Counted from the first letter of the stretch, positions 39,188-48,021 are shown. The stretch: 64,000 bases of DNA from an uncultured virus (IMG/VR IMGVR_UViG_3300050010_000596) (IMGVR_UViG_3300050010_000596); one strand, 5' to 3'. Numbers and translations are program-made. Notes: generated by a model from the sequence alone, not told the origin.

Positions 39188-42100
39188 CTAGACAACCAAG
39201 TGGATCTCGATGTTGTTCAAAGCGTACGGAATCGTCAGGCTCAGAACGACAACGATGCGGTCGAGCAACACGGCGTGCGGGCGCAAGTCGGTGATCGTAG
39301 CGTCGATAAGCTGCGAGCCGATCCGCGTGACGTAGTTGTTGCTCTTGAGGAACGTGATGGCGCTCATCAACTCGGCCCGCAGCAAGGCCATCAGCGACGG
39401 GGTGACGTTGCTGATGCCGATATACGGATCGAGGACGCTGCAGAAGTAGTAGCTGATGGCGTCCACGTTGCGGGTCACCATCTCTTCCCGTTGGTTGATG
39501 TCGTCGGTGGGTCCAGTCGTTACCGCATGCCGTGTGAAGACATTCCCCGCCGCGTCCTGAGTCACGATCCACATACCGTCGCCCGCTATCACATTGAGCT
39601 GCGAGCGGTTGAACCAGCTAGTGGTGTGTGACAGGTCGTCGAAGCCTGAGATGGCCAGCCGGGTCAGACCTTGCTGGGAGACCACGCCGCCGCTCAAGGC
39701 AGCCAAGGCCGCACAGAGGTGGTAACCCTCCATCATCGTACCGCCGTCGCCAATCTCGTCCGGCCAGACGAACCGCACACGGCGGTTGTCCCACGCCCCG
39801 GCTTGCTGTCCGATGAGGGCGGCCTGGGCATCGGCGGTCAGATTCCGCCAGACCTCTACCCGGAGGGCCACATCGGCGTAGGCCCGGTCGGGCCCGAACC
39901 GCAGGATCAGCGTATCCTGGTTGACTACCGAATCCACGACGTACTCGGTGTACGTGGTGTCGCCGTACTGGTCGGTGCTGTACGAGAAACGGACAATGTC
40001 CCCCGCTTGCACGCCATTGGTAATGAACTGACCGTTGGTCAATCCCTGGGTCGTCGGGGCGACCCGGACCATGGTATACTCCGTCTCGGCCGCCAAGGGG
40101 TTCTGGATGATGGTGGCCATTACAGTGCCCTTGTCGGTGGACGTGGCAGGGCTGACAATGGCTTGCTCGGTGGCCGAGGTGCCATTGAACCAAGCTACCC
40201 GCCAGCGGCCCATTTCCGGTGTGGATTGGTCGCTGACGTGGCCCTGCCAGGCGTTGAGCACGACGGGGTCCTTGGTCAGCGGCACCAAGCCGTAGACCTG
40301 GTCGTTGCCGTCCAGCAACTCCAGCACATTGAGCCAGCTCTCCTCATCGGCTGTATTGCACACCGAGGTGAACAACACCGGCACGCCGTTGTTGTTCTGA
40401 AGGGCCTTGTAGACCGCCCACTTCAACGGGTTGTCGGGGTCCAGCGCGCCGCTGATGTAGGTGTCCAATTGGCCTTCGTCGTAGATCGAGGCCACATCGT
40501 TGCACAACTCACTGCGCCACGCCCGGTACTCGACATAGAGCTTGGTGTATCCCAAGGCTTCGTTGGACATCACCGGCAGCGGCATCGCCACACCATTGTC
40601 GGTCCAGGTGGAATCGTAGGCGACCATGCCGTCGTTGATGGTGATCTCCAGAGCGGTCTGTGTCCAGTTGAAAATGGCATCGCTAGTGTTCAACCGTCGC
40701 TGCGAGGGAATCTGGAGGCTGGTCTCCGGGATGTACAGCTCCAAATCGATTTCGACCCCTTGGGTCACGTCGGGATTGCCGTAGGCGTCGAAGACGGCCA
40801 GGGCGTCCGAGGCGGCTTGGATCGCGGTTGGGAAGCTGTGGCCCAGAATCAGGGTCTGCTGGGAGCCGTAGCTCTTTGCCTTGACCTTGATGTAGAACAC
40901 ATCACCCTTGCACAGCCCGGTGCCCTCGAAGTAGGCCGTGACATTCTCCGTGCCAATGGGTACAGTCTGCGAGCGATTGCCGCTGAGGAAGGGCACCTCA
41001 ATGGAGCCGCTCATGTCGGAACCCTTGTCGGTCGTGACCGAGATCGTGGGCGGGTTGACGCCTTGCAAAATGGCCCCCGTGACCGGATCTTGCCACAATC
41101 CGCCCTGGGTGACTTCGACGATGTAGGTGCAGTCGGTGTCGCCGAAGTAGGTGGCCCCCTGGTCGGAGACGCACTGCGTGGGCTTGTTCCCGCCAATGTT
41201 GATCCCCCAGGCCTGACCCACTTCCACAGTCCACTGCTGGCCGACGATTAGATCGACGGGGGCAACGTCTTCTTGCTCCGCCGAAAGCGAGCCTGCCGCC
41301 TTGGCCGCGCCGGTCTTGTCGCTGAAGGTGACGAACACACCTCGTTCGCCAATCGGGAAGGAGATGTTGTACCCGGCCGGAACCAGGCTCGTCTGGTCGT
41401 CGTTGCCCGAGGCCGAGGTGATCCGCAACAGAGCGGTCTGGAGTTCCCGGTCCTGCGAAGACTGAATCACCTTGATCGTGTAGGTTTCGATCAGGTCACC
41501 CGTGACGCTGCCATCGTACTCGCTGGCATCGACATGGCTGATGGTCAGGGCATTGATTGGCGTACCGGGGGTCTGCGTGACAATGGGCGTCATCTCGGCC
41601 CGGTAGCTCTGGTTGTTGGAGTCCAGTGTAGCAGCTCCGATGGACGAGGCGGCAGCTTCACCGGCGAAGCCTGCGACATAAGTCCACAGGTCGTAGTTGA
41701 CGCCGCTGACTACTGCACGCACGTGGGCGATGTCGCCCAGCTGCACGTCGCGGTCGTAGAACACGCCGGTGCTGCGGGGCCAGTTGACTCCGTTGGCGCA
41801 GAAGCTGAGGGTCTGCGAACGAACCTGGTTGTGGGTCCCCGCCACCGTCTGGATCAGCGAGCCGGAGCCGATGTAGTCGGCGAAATACTGGAGGATGGCA
41901 TTGTCCACGAAGACCTTGGTGTAATCCGGGTCCAAGGTCGCCCCGGCCGGGCGCTGCGGCCAATCGTAGACGTGGGCGCTGTTGGGATCGTAGAAGGCGT
42001 GCGGGATGATCCCGCCGTGGCCGTCCGATTCGGTCCAGGTCAGGCGACCGATCTCGATCTCCTGCGTCTGGCTGTGCCGGACCAACCAGGCGTGGCCGCC

Positions 42101-42205
42101 TGCGATGTGGGCACACAGTTGTTGCAGGTTGGCTTGCGGAATCAGGTTGAACTCCTGAAACACCAAGACCTGCGGAACTACATAGGTACTAGCGGCGCTT
42201 GCCAT
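39188..42205 (-). CDS. Tail sheath protein
   Basis: YVVPQVLVFQE N-terminus; C-terminal EEMVTRNVDAI...IGISNVT...PYALNNIEIHL. Confidence 0.85.
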   Translation of the reverse strand: MASAASTYVVPQVLVFQEFNLIPQANLQQLCAHIAGGHAWLVRHSQTQEIEIGRLTWTESDGHGGIIPHAFYDPNSAHVYDWPQRPAGATLDPDYTKVFVDNAILQYFADYIGSGSLIQTVAGTHNQVRSQTLSFCANGVNWPRSTGVFYDRDVQLGDIAHVRAVVSGVNYDLWTYVAGFAGEAAASSIGAATLDSNNQSYRAEMTPIVTQTPGTPINALTISHVDASEYDGSVTGDLIETYTIKVIQSSQDRELQTALLRITSASGNDDQTSLVPAGYNISFPIGERGVFVTFSDKTGAAKAAGSLSAEQEDVAPVDLIVGQQWTVEVGQAWGINIGGNKPTQCVSDQGATYFGDTDCTYIVEVTQGGLWQDPVTGAILQGVNPPTISVTTDKGSDMSGSIEVPFLSGNRSQTVPIGTENVTAYFEGTGLCKGDVFYIKVKAKSYGSQQTLILGHSFPTAIQAASDALAVFDAYGNPDVTQGVEIDLELYIPETSLQIPSQRRLNTSDAIFNWTQTALEITINDGMVAYDSTWTDNGVAMPLPVMSNEALGYTKLYVEYRAWRSELCNDVASIYDEGQLDTYISGALDPDNPLKWAVYKALQNNNGVPVLFTSVCNTADEESWLNVLELLDGNDQVYGLVPLTKDPVVLNAWQGHVSDQSTPEMGRWRVAWFNGTSATEQAIVSPATSTDKGTVMATIIQNPLAAETEYTMVRVAPTTQGLTNGQFITNGVQAGDIVRFSYSTDQYGDTTYTEYVVDSVVNQDTLILRFGPDRAYADVALRVEVWRNLTADAQAALIGQQAGAWDNRRVRFVWPDEIGDGGTMMEGYHLCAALAALSGGVVSQQGLTRLAISGFDDLSHTTSWFNRSQLNVIAGDGMWIVTQDAAGNVFTRHAVTTGPTDDINQREEMVTRNVDAISYYFCSVLDPYIGISNVTPSLMALLRAELMSAITFLKSNNYVTRIGSQLIDATITDLRPHAVLLDRIVVVLSLTIPYALNNIEIHLVV

Positions 42206-42245
42206 GTTGGCCTCCTTGCCTTACGCGAATTGTGTTTGCTGGTTG

Positions 42246-42881
42246 TCAGAAATCGAGAATCATGGAGAGCGAAATGTGCTTGAGGACCGGAGCCTGCTGC
42301 CGGAGCACCCAACGCTCCTGGTAGGCATAACCCACGTTGACGGGAACCACAAAGTTCTCCGTCGCTTCCTCCAGCTCCGCAATCGCGCCAACCTCAATCA
42401 CCGAAAAGCGATGAAGTTGCATTTTCTCCCGGATCAAGGGGCCGAACTCAGTCAGCTCCCGTTGGACCTCTGTAGCAAGTAACTCGACTTGCGCTCCTGA
42501 CCCGCCAATACAGAACAGGGAGTGGCTGCCTAACCACAACGTGGAATAGTGCCGATCCCCCTGGTCTCTCCGGGTCGGTTGATGCCTGTCGTCAATCGCA
42601 ATCCTTTGGTTCTGATAGGTGTTTCGCTTCAGAATCACGGCGGGCCGCTTTTCCATCGTGCGCGGGTCCCAACGGTGATAACTCTCTACCAATATACCCG
42701 TAGTCGGCGCGTCTTGCCAGATGAGCTGTCGCAGGTCGGGCTCTTCAATGTACTGGGGTGAGCAGAAGTGCCGCGTGAGGATGTCCCGCAATATCCCAGT
42801 CATAATGAGCGGTCGGGGCAGCAGCGAACAGATCGAGCTGGGATTCGGGCCGATGAATTGAGGGGTGGCGTCCGTGCTCAC
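42246..42881 (-). CDS. Tail terminator/completion protein
   Basis: EKRPAVILKR motif; directly upstream of the sheath gene. Confidence 0.6.
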   Translation of the reverse strand: MSTDATPQFIGPNPSSICSLLPRPLIMTGILRDILTRHFCSPQYIEEPDLRQLIWQDAPTTGILVESYHRWDPRTMEKRPAVILKRNTYQNQRIAIDDRHQPTRRDQGDRHYSTLWLGSHSLFCIGGSGAQVELLATEVQRELTEFGPLIREKMQLHRFSVIEVGAIAELEEATENFVVPVNVGYAYQERWVLRQQAPVLKHISLSMILDF

Positions 42882-42887
42882 GCAAAG

Positions 42888-43322
42888 TTACTCCGTGGGG
42901 TAGCCAAAGGCCTTGGCAACTTGCGAGGTGGGAATGGTGTACTTAGCGATGCTCAGCCGCTCCATGTTGGGGATCGGCTTGAGCGGCTCCTGGGGCACCG
43001 GCTGCTTGGGCACAGCAGGCTTGTTCCCTCGGACCGGTACGGCAGGCATATCCAGATCGGGCACGGGAGGCATTCCCCCATGGGGGTGGGACGCCATTGG
43101 GGCCATCGCGGTAGGCGCGGGCTTGGTACGGTGTCTGGGCTGGGGTGGAATGTACGGCATTGCTGGGAGCCCCGCCCGGAGGGCCTCCAGATCGCCCCAG
43201 ACACCGTGAGGGCTGGTTAGTCGATCCTGGAGGCCACTTCCGGCTCGATTGCTTCTAGGGGCCGTCTGAGAGCGTTGGATGATCGCTCTCGTCGGCGTCT
43301 GAAGCTCATGGGGCTTGATCAC
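42888..43322 (-). CDS. Pro-rich hypothetical protein
   Basis: 144-aa ORF overlapping the upstream stop. Confidence 0.55.
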   Translation of the reverse strand: MIKPHELQTPTRAIIQRSQTAPRSNRAGSGLQDRLTSPHGVWGDLEALRAGLPAMPYIPPQPRHRTKPAPTAMAPMASHPHGGMPPVPDLDMPAVPVRGNKPAVPKQPVPQEPLKPIPNMERLSIAKYTIPTSQVAKAFGYPTE

Positions 43323-44179
43323 TCCTGGGGTACAAGGTCGGGAATGGGGATGTCGTAGATGATGTTTGTGAAGGGGGCGAGGCGGAGTTCCACCGGGTCG
43401 TACACCAGGGGCACCCCCTTGATTTCGCAGGCCGACTGGATTGTATGAACGATGTAACGGTGGTCCGTGGTCTTGTTGATCCAGACGTCCTTCTCTTGGA
43501 GCTGGGGCAGGGCCAGCATGCGGGCCTTGACGATGATGTCGCCGCCAGCGCCACGGGGCCCCTCGGCTTCGATGTGGGAGTGGGTCGCCTGCTCAGACAA
43601 AGCCGCATAGACACAGCCTAGCGGCTGGAAGTAGCCACCCACCCAGCTGGTGCCGTAGCAGATCAAGCAGTCAGGATTGCGGCACTCTTGAGTCAAGGGG
43701 TCCAGGCAGCTGCACGGTTCGCCCTGTACGCGGCGTTTGAGCAGGTAGCCTTCGGGGGCCTCGCCTGCCCGGAAGTTCAACATCTCGTTACGCAGGACGC
43801 CGCAGGCTCGCCGCCATTGCCGGAAGTCCCACAGGCCCAGGCAAGGTGCGGGATCGGAGTAGTAGGTACCCTTGCTGGTGACCAGTTGCACGCGGTAGTG
43901 GGTCCACTGTTGCAGCCCAAAGACTCGCTCCTGGTCATCGAGCAAGTACCAACCGTTGACGACCGTGGACCCGACCGGCGTCCAGTCACTGATGTCGTGG
44001 TCTCCGGCCGTGCCGACTTGCAATTGGAAGGTGTAGGGGAGGGGGTCGGTAAAGTCCCGGTCCATGAGCCATTCGACCCGCGTGCCGCCGCGAATACGGG
44101 GAAAGACGAGCAGTCGCTCGAACACCTCCGGGCAGCTCGGTGCACAGTCGCTGGGTAGGCACTCGTGGGGAATCGACAT
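43319..44179 (-). CDS. Neck/head-closure protein with Zn-binding motif
   Basis: LLKRR..GEPCSC...CLICYGT.WVGGY; AAGGAG SD before MSIP. Confidence 0.65.
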   Translation of the reverse strand: MSIPHECLPSDCAPSCPEVFERLLVFPRIRGGTRVEWLMDRDFTDPLPYTFQLQVGTAGDHDISDWTPVGSTVVNGWYLLDDQERVFGLQQWTHYRVQLVTSKGTYYSDPAPCLGLWDFRQWRRACGVLRNEMLNFRAGEAPEGYLLKRRVQGEPCSCLDPLTQECRNPDCLICYGTSWVGGYFQPLGCVYAALSEQATHSHIEAEGPRGAGGDIIVKARMLALPQLQEKDVWINKTTDHRYIVHTIQSACEIKGVPLVYDPVELRLAPFTNIIYDIPIPDLVPQE

Positions 44180-44207
44180 CCTTGTCTCCTTCAACCCCAT
44201 GATAGAT

Positions 44208-44248
44208 AAAAAAACGGGCAGCGGAAAGCCCGAAGCCCTCCGCTGCCC
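44208..44248 (-). terminator. Intrinsic terminator of the Ro60 island
   Basis: gggcagcgga/tccgctgccc 10-bp stem followed by a U7 tract on the minus strand. Confidence 0.75.
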
Positions 44249-44269
44249 CTAGGCGCAAGCGCAGATCGC

Positions 44270-44283
44270 CTTAAATGTTTAAG
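44270..44283. promoter_or_regulatory. CTTAAA-NN-TTTAAG palindrome, copy 4
   Basis: cttaaatgtttaag. Confidence 0.6.
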
Positions 44284-44395
44284 CAGCCCCGAACGCCTTG
44301 GAGACGTGGGGGTGTACGGCCAGCGACGGAATCTTCTTCGTCTGGCCATCTTCGATGATCATGCAGAACCCCGGCAGTTGGTCCAAGCAGGTCAC
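44279..44395 (-). CDS. 38-aa ORF coupled to Ro60 (MTCLDQLPGFCMIIEDGQTKKIPSLAVHPHVSKAFGAA)
   Basis: GTG overlaps the Ro60 TGA (GTGA); GC-rich third positions; ends before the terminator. Confidence 0.45.
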   Translation of the reverse strand: MTCLDQLPGFCMIIEDGQTKKIPSLAVHPHVSKAFGAA

Positions 44396-45903
44396 TGTAC
44401 AGGTTGCGCATCCGCTTCCTCCTCATCACGGACTTCCGCCCCTTCCAGCGCGGCAATGAACTTCAAGAAGGCCTCAGACCAGCCCGAGATCTCCGCATCC
44501 CACTTCCCGGCGTAATTCACGCCATGGCTGTGGGCCGAGACGTCGATGATGTAATTCCGCTTGCCGGGAGGAACCGGCGTGCGGCGGTTCGGCAGGTCGC
44601 AGTCCTGCGAGTCGGTAAAGAAGATCGTCCGGTCGGGCTGTTCCGCCTCGTGTTCGCGGATGTAATCGCACACCTGGCGGGTGAAGATCCCGCCGCCACC
44701 CAGCACGCGGGTCTGCTTGTCGATCTCATTGGCCAAGGCAAAGCCCCGGACGGGCGTCAGCTTGGCTGTCTTGTGCACCCGCGTAGTGTCGTTCCCGGCC
44801 GTGGCGTAAACCGAAATGTGCTCGCACATCTCGGTCGCCAGGATGCACATGCTGGCGGCCGCTGCGATCCGGTTGTGCTCCGTGCGGCCGGACAGCGCTT
44901 CGTTCATCGATCCGCTGACGTCTACGACGAACACACTCCAGCCCTCGAACTTGGGCAGGCCCGCGCACATCCGAAACATCAGCTGCTCAATCTCTCGCGA
45001 CCAGTCAGGAGCCGCGTCCTTTGCCCGGATGAAGTCGATGGGCAGGAGCCAATCCACGCGACAGGTCTCGAAGGCCTGGGCCATGATCTTCCGGGAGACT
45101 TTCGCCTGCGTCATATTCCGCAGGTTCTTCAACAAGGCAAAGCTCGGCATCTTGCCGGTGGTGATCAGTCCCTCCCACACTGCCTTCTTGTCCTCGTCGG
45201 ACTTGGCGGCGCTCATGCCGACTTCCCAGGTGTTGGCCGTCTTCAGCTGGTCATTGATCAGCCGCGACAGTAACGCCTCGGGATGCCGCATGACTTTGGC
45301 CACACCCGCCCGGTACTTTCGCTCGATCTCCTGCCCTTGCTGACCCTGCACGTCACGGGGCTTGGGATGGGAGAGGAACACGACATCCCGGAGTTTAATC
45401 TCCTTGTCGGTCTTGTTCCATTTGTCCAACTGGTATTCGTCGAACTTGCCCATGGCCGCAGCCAGGCCTTTCTTGACCTGGGCGCTGAGGGTCTTCTTGC
45501 CGTCGTTGGTGGCCCAATAGATCGAGAGGAACTCGCTGGCCTCGTCCGGCCGCCGAATGATCTCCGGCAGCAGGCCCGCGACCAGATGTTTATGTGAGGC
45601 GTGGCGGGCCATCTCGCGGGCCAGCAACAGCGGCACGTGCCGCAGCTTTTGCTGGAAGCGGGCTTCCTTGGCAATGGCGGCCACGGCCTCGGCGGGCACC
45701 AGGGGCACCGTGGCCTGGATCATCCCTGCCACCTGTTCACCATCGCAGTAGGCCAAATCTTCCCAGAGGAGGTTGGCCATCACCAGCCGCCGCAGCTTCA
45801 TCTCGTCCGATTGCTTGGCAGCGTGAGGGCCGAAGCCCCCGGCCAAGCGCGTGGTGGTATCCAACACATGGGAACGCTTCGTCTTCGGATTCTTAGTGGC
45901 CAT
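44392..45903 (-). CDS. rsr: Ro60/TROVE-domain RNA-binding protein with C-terminal vWA domain
   Basis: LLWEDLAY, KLRHVP, RRPDE, KFDEYQLDKW, KLRDVVFLSHPKP, NTWEV, ALLKNLRN (TROVE); VVDVSGSM and FFTDSQ (vWA/MIDAS); AAGGAG SD. Confidence 0.92.
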   Translation of the reverse strand: MATKNPKTKRSHVLDTTTRLAGGFGPHAAKQSDEMKLRRLVMANLLWEDLAYCDGEQVAGMIQATVPLVPAEAVAAIAKEARFQQKLRHVPLLLAREMARHASHKHLVAGLLPEIIRRPDEASEFLSIYWATNDGKKTLSAQVKKGLAAAMGKFDEYQLDKWNKTDKEIKLRDVVFLSHPKPRDVQGQQGQEIERKYRAGVAKVMRHPEALLSRLINDQLKTANTWEVGMSAAKSDEDKKAVWEGLITTGKMPSFALLKNLRNMTQAKVSRKIMAQAFETCRVDWLLPIDFIRAKDAAPDWSREIEQLMFRMCAGLPKFEGWSVFVVDVSGSMNEALSGRTEHNRIAAAASMCILATEMCEHISVYATAGNDTTRVHKTAKLTPVRGFALANEIDKQTRVLGGGGIFTRQVCDYIREHEAEQPDRTIFFTDSQDCDLPNRRTPVPPGKRNYIIDVSAHSHGVNYAGKWDAEISGWSEAFLKFIAALEGAEVRDEEEADAQPVQ

Positions 45904-45951
45904 TCGCCACTCCTTTGTAAAGAGGGAAAGGTGCCAATAGGGAAAAAAAGA

Positions 45952-46088
45952 CCTCCGGGAATGTACGGGAAGACTTCGTGGAGACCGCCGTCCTTCCAAT
46001 TAGACGAACGGACCTTGCGGCCCGTAGAGGAGTCGAACCCCTATTTGCGGTTTGAGTTACGAAGTATGTCTTCTCTACGCCACGGAGG
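45952..46088 (-). ncRNA. Y RNA-like (YrlA-type) RNA 1 with permuted tRNA-like domain
   Basis: Terminal stem CCUCCG/CGGAGG; UGGCG, UACUUCG and AUUCC motifs; T-arm AGGGGUUCGACUCCUCU, GCAA-capped acceptor-like stem, D-arm CGUCUAAUUGGAAGGACG; adjacent to Ro60. Confidence 0.85.
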
Positions 46089-46092
46089 ATAG

Positions 46093-46460
46093 TGGAGGCG
46101 GCGGGAATCGAACCCGCGTCCTAATCAGTTTCAATGTCGCGTCTACGTGTGTTTTCGCCTTTTGGTTCTCATCTCACAAGACCCGGACGACGCGGTTCTT
46201 ATGGGACCAGCTCGCTGTTCGCATATCCTCGCCCCGTGAGCACGGGCTCTGGATGGTCTGAACTTTGTGTCTGGCTTTTGGACCCCCTCAGACGTAGGTT
46301 CCGCAGTCAGGTCGCGGCGAGTTAGGCCGCGACGGCGAAGGCCGAGGCCTTCAGGTTGCTGTTGGCAACTAAAGTGTGGTCCGCTTTTAACGTGGCCTGC
46401 TGACCAACCACGACACGCAGCAAACATCTCTGCTCGACCAGTCGAAACCAATTCGCCCCC
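46093..46460 (-). ncRNA. ssrA: tmRNA; tag (A)ANSNLKASAFAVAA at 46366..46322
   Basis: 5' GGGGGCGAAUUGGUUUCGAC; 3' GGACGCGGGUUCGAUUCCCGCCGCCUCCA; G3.U alanine pair; resume codon GCC after UUAGUU; CCA not encoded. Confidence 0.96.
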
Positions 46461-46462
46461 AA

Positions 46463-46552
46463 GCCTGCACCGACGATTGTTCGTTCGAGCCCGCAGGTCC
46501 AGGCCTGCTAGCGTGTAGAAAAGGAGAAAGCCACGCAGCTCGCGGTGCACGC
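46463..46552 (-). ncRNA. Unassigned ~90-nt structured RNA
   Basis: Closing stem UGCACCG/CGGUGCA enclosing two hairpins (GCGUG/CACGC and GCAGG/CCUGC). Confidence 0.45.
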
Positions 46553-46590
46553 ATCGCTACAACAGACCAGAACCAACACACGAATAAAGG

Positions 46591-46679
46591 AACCGAGGGA
46601 ACCGCTCGAAAGCCGTAACTGCCCCGAGGGGCAATCGAATCATCGTATCGAAGTAACGGCTCTCTATCGCCACTCGGTT
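46591..46679 (-). ncRNA. Y RNA-like RNA 2 (short form)
   Basis: Terminal stem AACCGAG/CUCGGUU; UGGCG, UACUUCG and UUCC motifs; inner stem AGCCGU/ACGGCU. Confidence 0.75.
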
Positions 46680-46686
46680 GTAAGGG

Positions 46687-46770
46687 ACCGGAGGAATCTG
46701 CGAGACCAGGAAGTGCCCTTGCGGGCGCTCGATTAAAAGACGAAGTACCTTGTCTCTTTCGCCATCCGGT
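46687..46770 (-). ncRNA. Y RNA-like RNA 3 (short form)
   Basis: Terminal stem ACCGGA/UCCGGU; UGGCG, UACUUCG and AUUCC motifs; GCCC-GCAA-GGGC hairpin. Confidence 0.75.
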
Positions 46771-46778
46771 TGTATGGG

Positions 46779-46896
46779 ACTCGGGGAATGTACGGCAGGG
46801 GAAATGCCTGACCAACTAGGCTGTCCCGCCACGCCTTTCGGCGAACAGGAATTGGACTCGAACCAACGAAGTAACCCCTGACTAACGCCACCGAGT
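46779..46896 (-). ncRNA. Y RNA-like (YrlA-type) RNA 4 with tRNA-like domain
   Basis: Terminal stem ACUCGG/CCGAGU; same motifs; T-arm UUGGUUCGAGUCCAA, GAAA-capped stem, D-arm GCCUAGUUGGUCAGGC. Confidence 0.82.
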
Positions 46897-46900
46897 TGTT

Positions 46901-47431
46901 TCAATTATCTGTTTCACGGAGAAGACGCCACAACAAGAACCTTCGCTCGCGGGCCGTCTTCACTGCGTGACAATTATGACATCGTACGTCGCATTTGGCA
47001 ATCTCCGCAAGTACCGATTTCATGCTACGGCTTCTGCCTGCGCACGAAATGTTGAACCGCTTGGTTCCGCGAACATGGTCGAAGCTCAATTTCAGCGGGT
47101 CAGGTTCTCCACAATCTACGCACGGGTGTTCCAGCAAGTACACCAGGATGAACTCCGCAAATGCTCGTCCAGCCTTCAGCGTTCGTTGCTTCCGCCGTAA
47201 CAAGCATAGCTCGTGGTTCTTCCAGTACCAATTCCGCTGGAGCCTCCGTTGCAGTTGTTTGTACTCGGTCCGCCCGTTCCGCTTCCGATTGTGTTTCACC
47301 TGGGCCAACCGGTACTTTTCCCGATTGGCCTCTCGCCATCGTGTGTTGCGGTCGTTGTGACACTTGACGCAGCACGTTCCCTGGCTATTGAACTTCTTTC
47401 TACGCTTCTTGCAAACCGAGCACCGTTTCAT
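46901..47431 (-). CDS. HNH endonuclease
   Basis: CSVC...CVKC N-terminal Zn finger; CVDCGE...LSFDHVRG...KCDVRCHNCH; AAGGAGG SD. Confidence 0.85.
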   Translation of the reverse strand: MKRCSVCKKRRKKFNSQGTCCVKCHNDRNTRWREANREKYRLAQVKHNRKRNGRTEYKQLQRRLQRNWYWKNHELCLLRRKQRTLKAGRAFAEFILVYLLEHPCVDCGEPDPLKLSFDHVRGTKRFNISCAGRSRSMKSVLAEIAKCDVRCHNCHAVKTARERRFLLWRLLRETDN

Positions 47432-47530
47432 GGAATTCCTCCTTGAAAAGTGCTTGACTCCCGAAGGACCACCTAGTTTTATCCAGGAGCCCTCCTTCCG
47501 CGCGATAGAAGACCACAACAGTTTGTACGA

Positions 47531-47737
47531 CTAATAATCCGCAGGTGGCAGCCCGAGTACGATTCGCCGGACTCGGGCTCCGAACGTGGCCGCCTGATAA
47601 TACGCCTCCATCTCCTGGCAGAACTGGGCCAGTTGCCGCTGCCACGCATAGCGCTGCCTGACCCTGCGATAATAGTCAGGACCTATGTCCTTGAACGTGG
47701 ACTCGGGCAAGTCTTGCCAGATGTGCGCATCTTTCAC
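47531..47737 (-). CDS. Small hypothetical protein
   Basis: 68-aa ORF, GAGG SD, overlapping the upstream stop. Confidence 0.55.
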   Translation of the reverse strand: MKDAHIWQDLPESTFKDIGPDYYRRVRQRYAWQRQLAQFCQEMEAYYQAATFGARVRRIVLGLPPADY

Positions 47738-48021
47738 GATGCACCTCGCTTCCGGCTGCCGAGCAACGCTGTGATCACGAATCCCGCCGTGATCCAGGGC
47801 CCGATGAGTAACGCACTGGCTCCCACCAAGGCCGCGTTGGTAACGCCGGTCGGGATACCGGTGGCGGCCTCCAACACTCGGCTGGGGGCCATGATGGTGT
47901 TATGCAGGATGGAGGCGGGGGCCACGTTCAAACATGGGGCCGGTGGTGCCACGATCTCGGGCTCAGCGGTTGTACCGCTCTTTTGTGCTTCCAAAGCATC
48001 GAGAGTTTTTTTACGGGACAT
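47734..48021 (-). CDS. Small membrane protein
   Basis: 95 aa with hydrophobic C-terminal segment. Confidence 0.55.
   Translation of the reverse strand: MSRKKTLDALEAQKSGTTAEPEIVAPPAPCLNVAPASILHNTIMAPSRVLEAATGIPTGVTNAALVGASALLIGPWITAGFVITALLGSRKRGAS

Noticed and set aside
19697..42881. Extracellular contractile injection system or tailocin
   Set aside because: Capsid, prohead protease and neck genes are in the same window, indicating a phage
45990..46125. tRNA genes suggested by GTTCGA T-loops (also near 46850)
   Set aside because: No anticodon arm; arms are in permuted T-then-D order (Y RNAs) or belong to the tmRNA 3' end
46591..46896. CRISPR array suggested by recurring cgaagta...cgcca motifs
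   Set aside because: Shared parts are short motifs within self-pairing units rather than identical repeats with spacers; no cas genes; the Y-RNA model fits better
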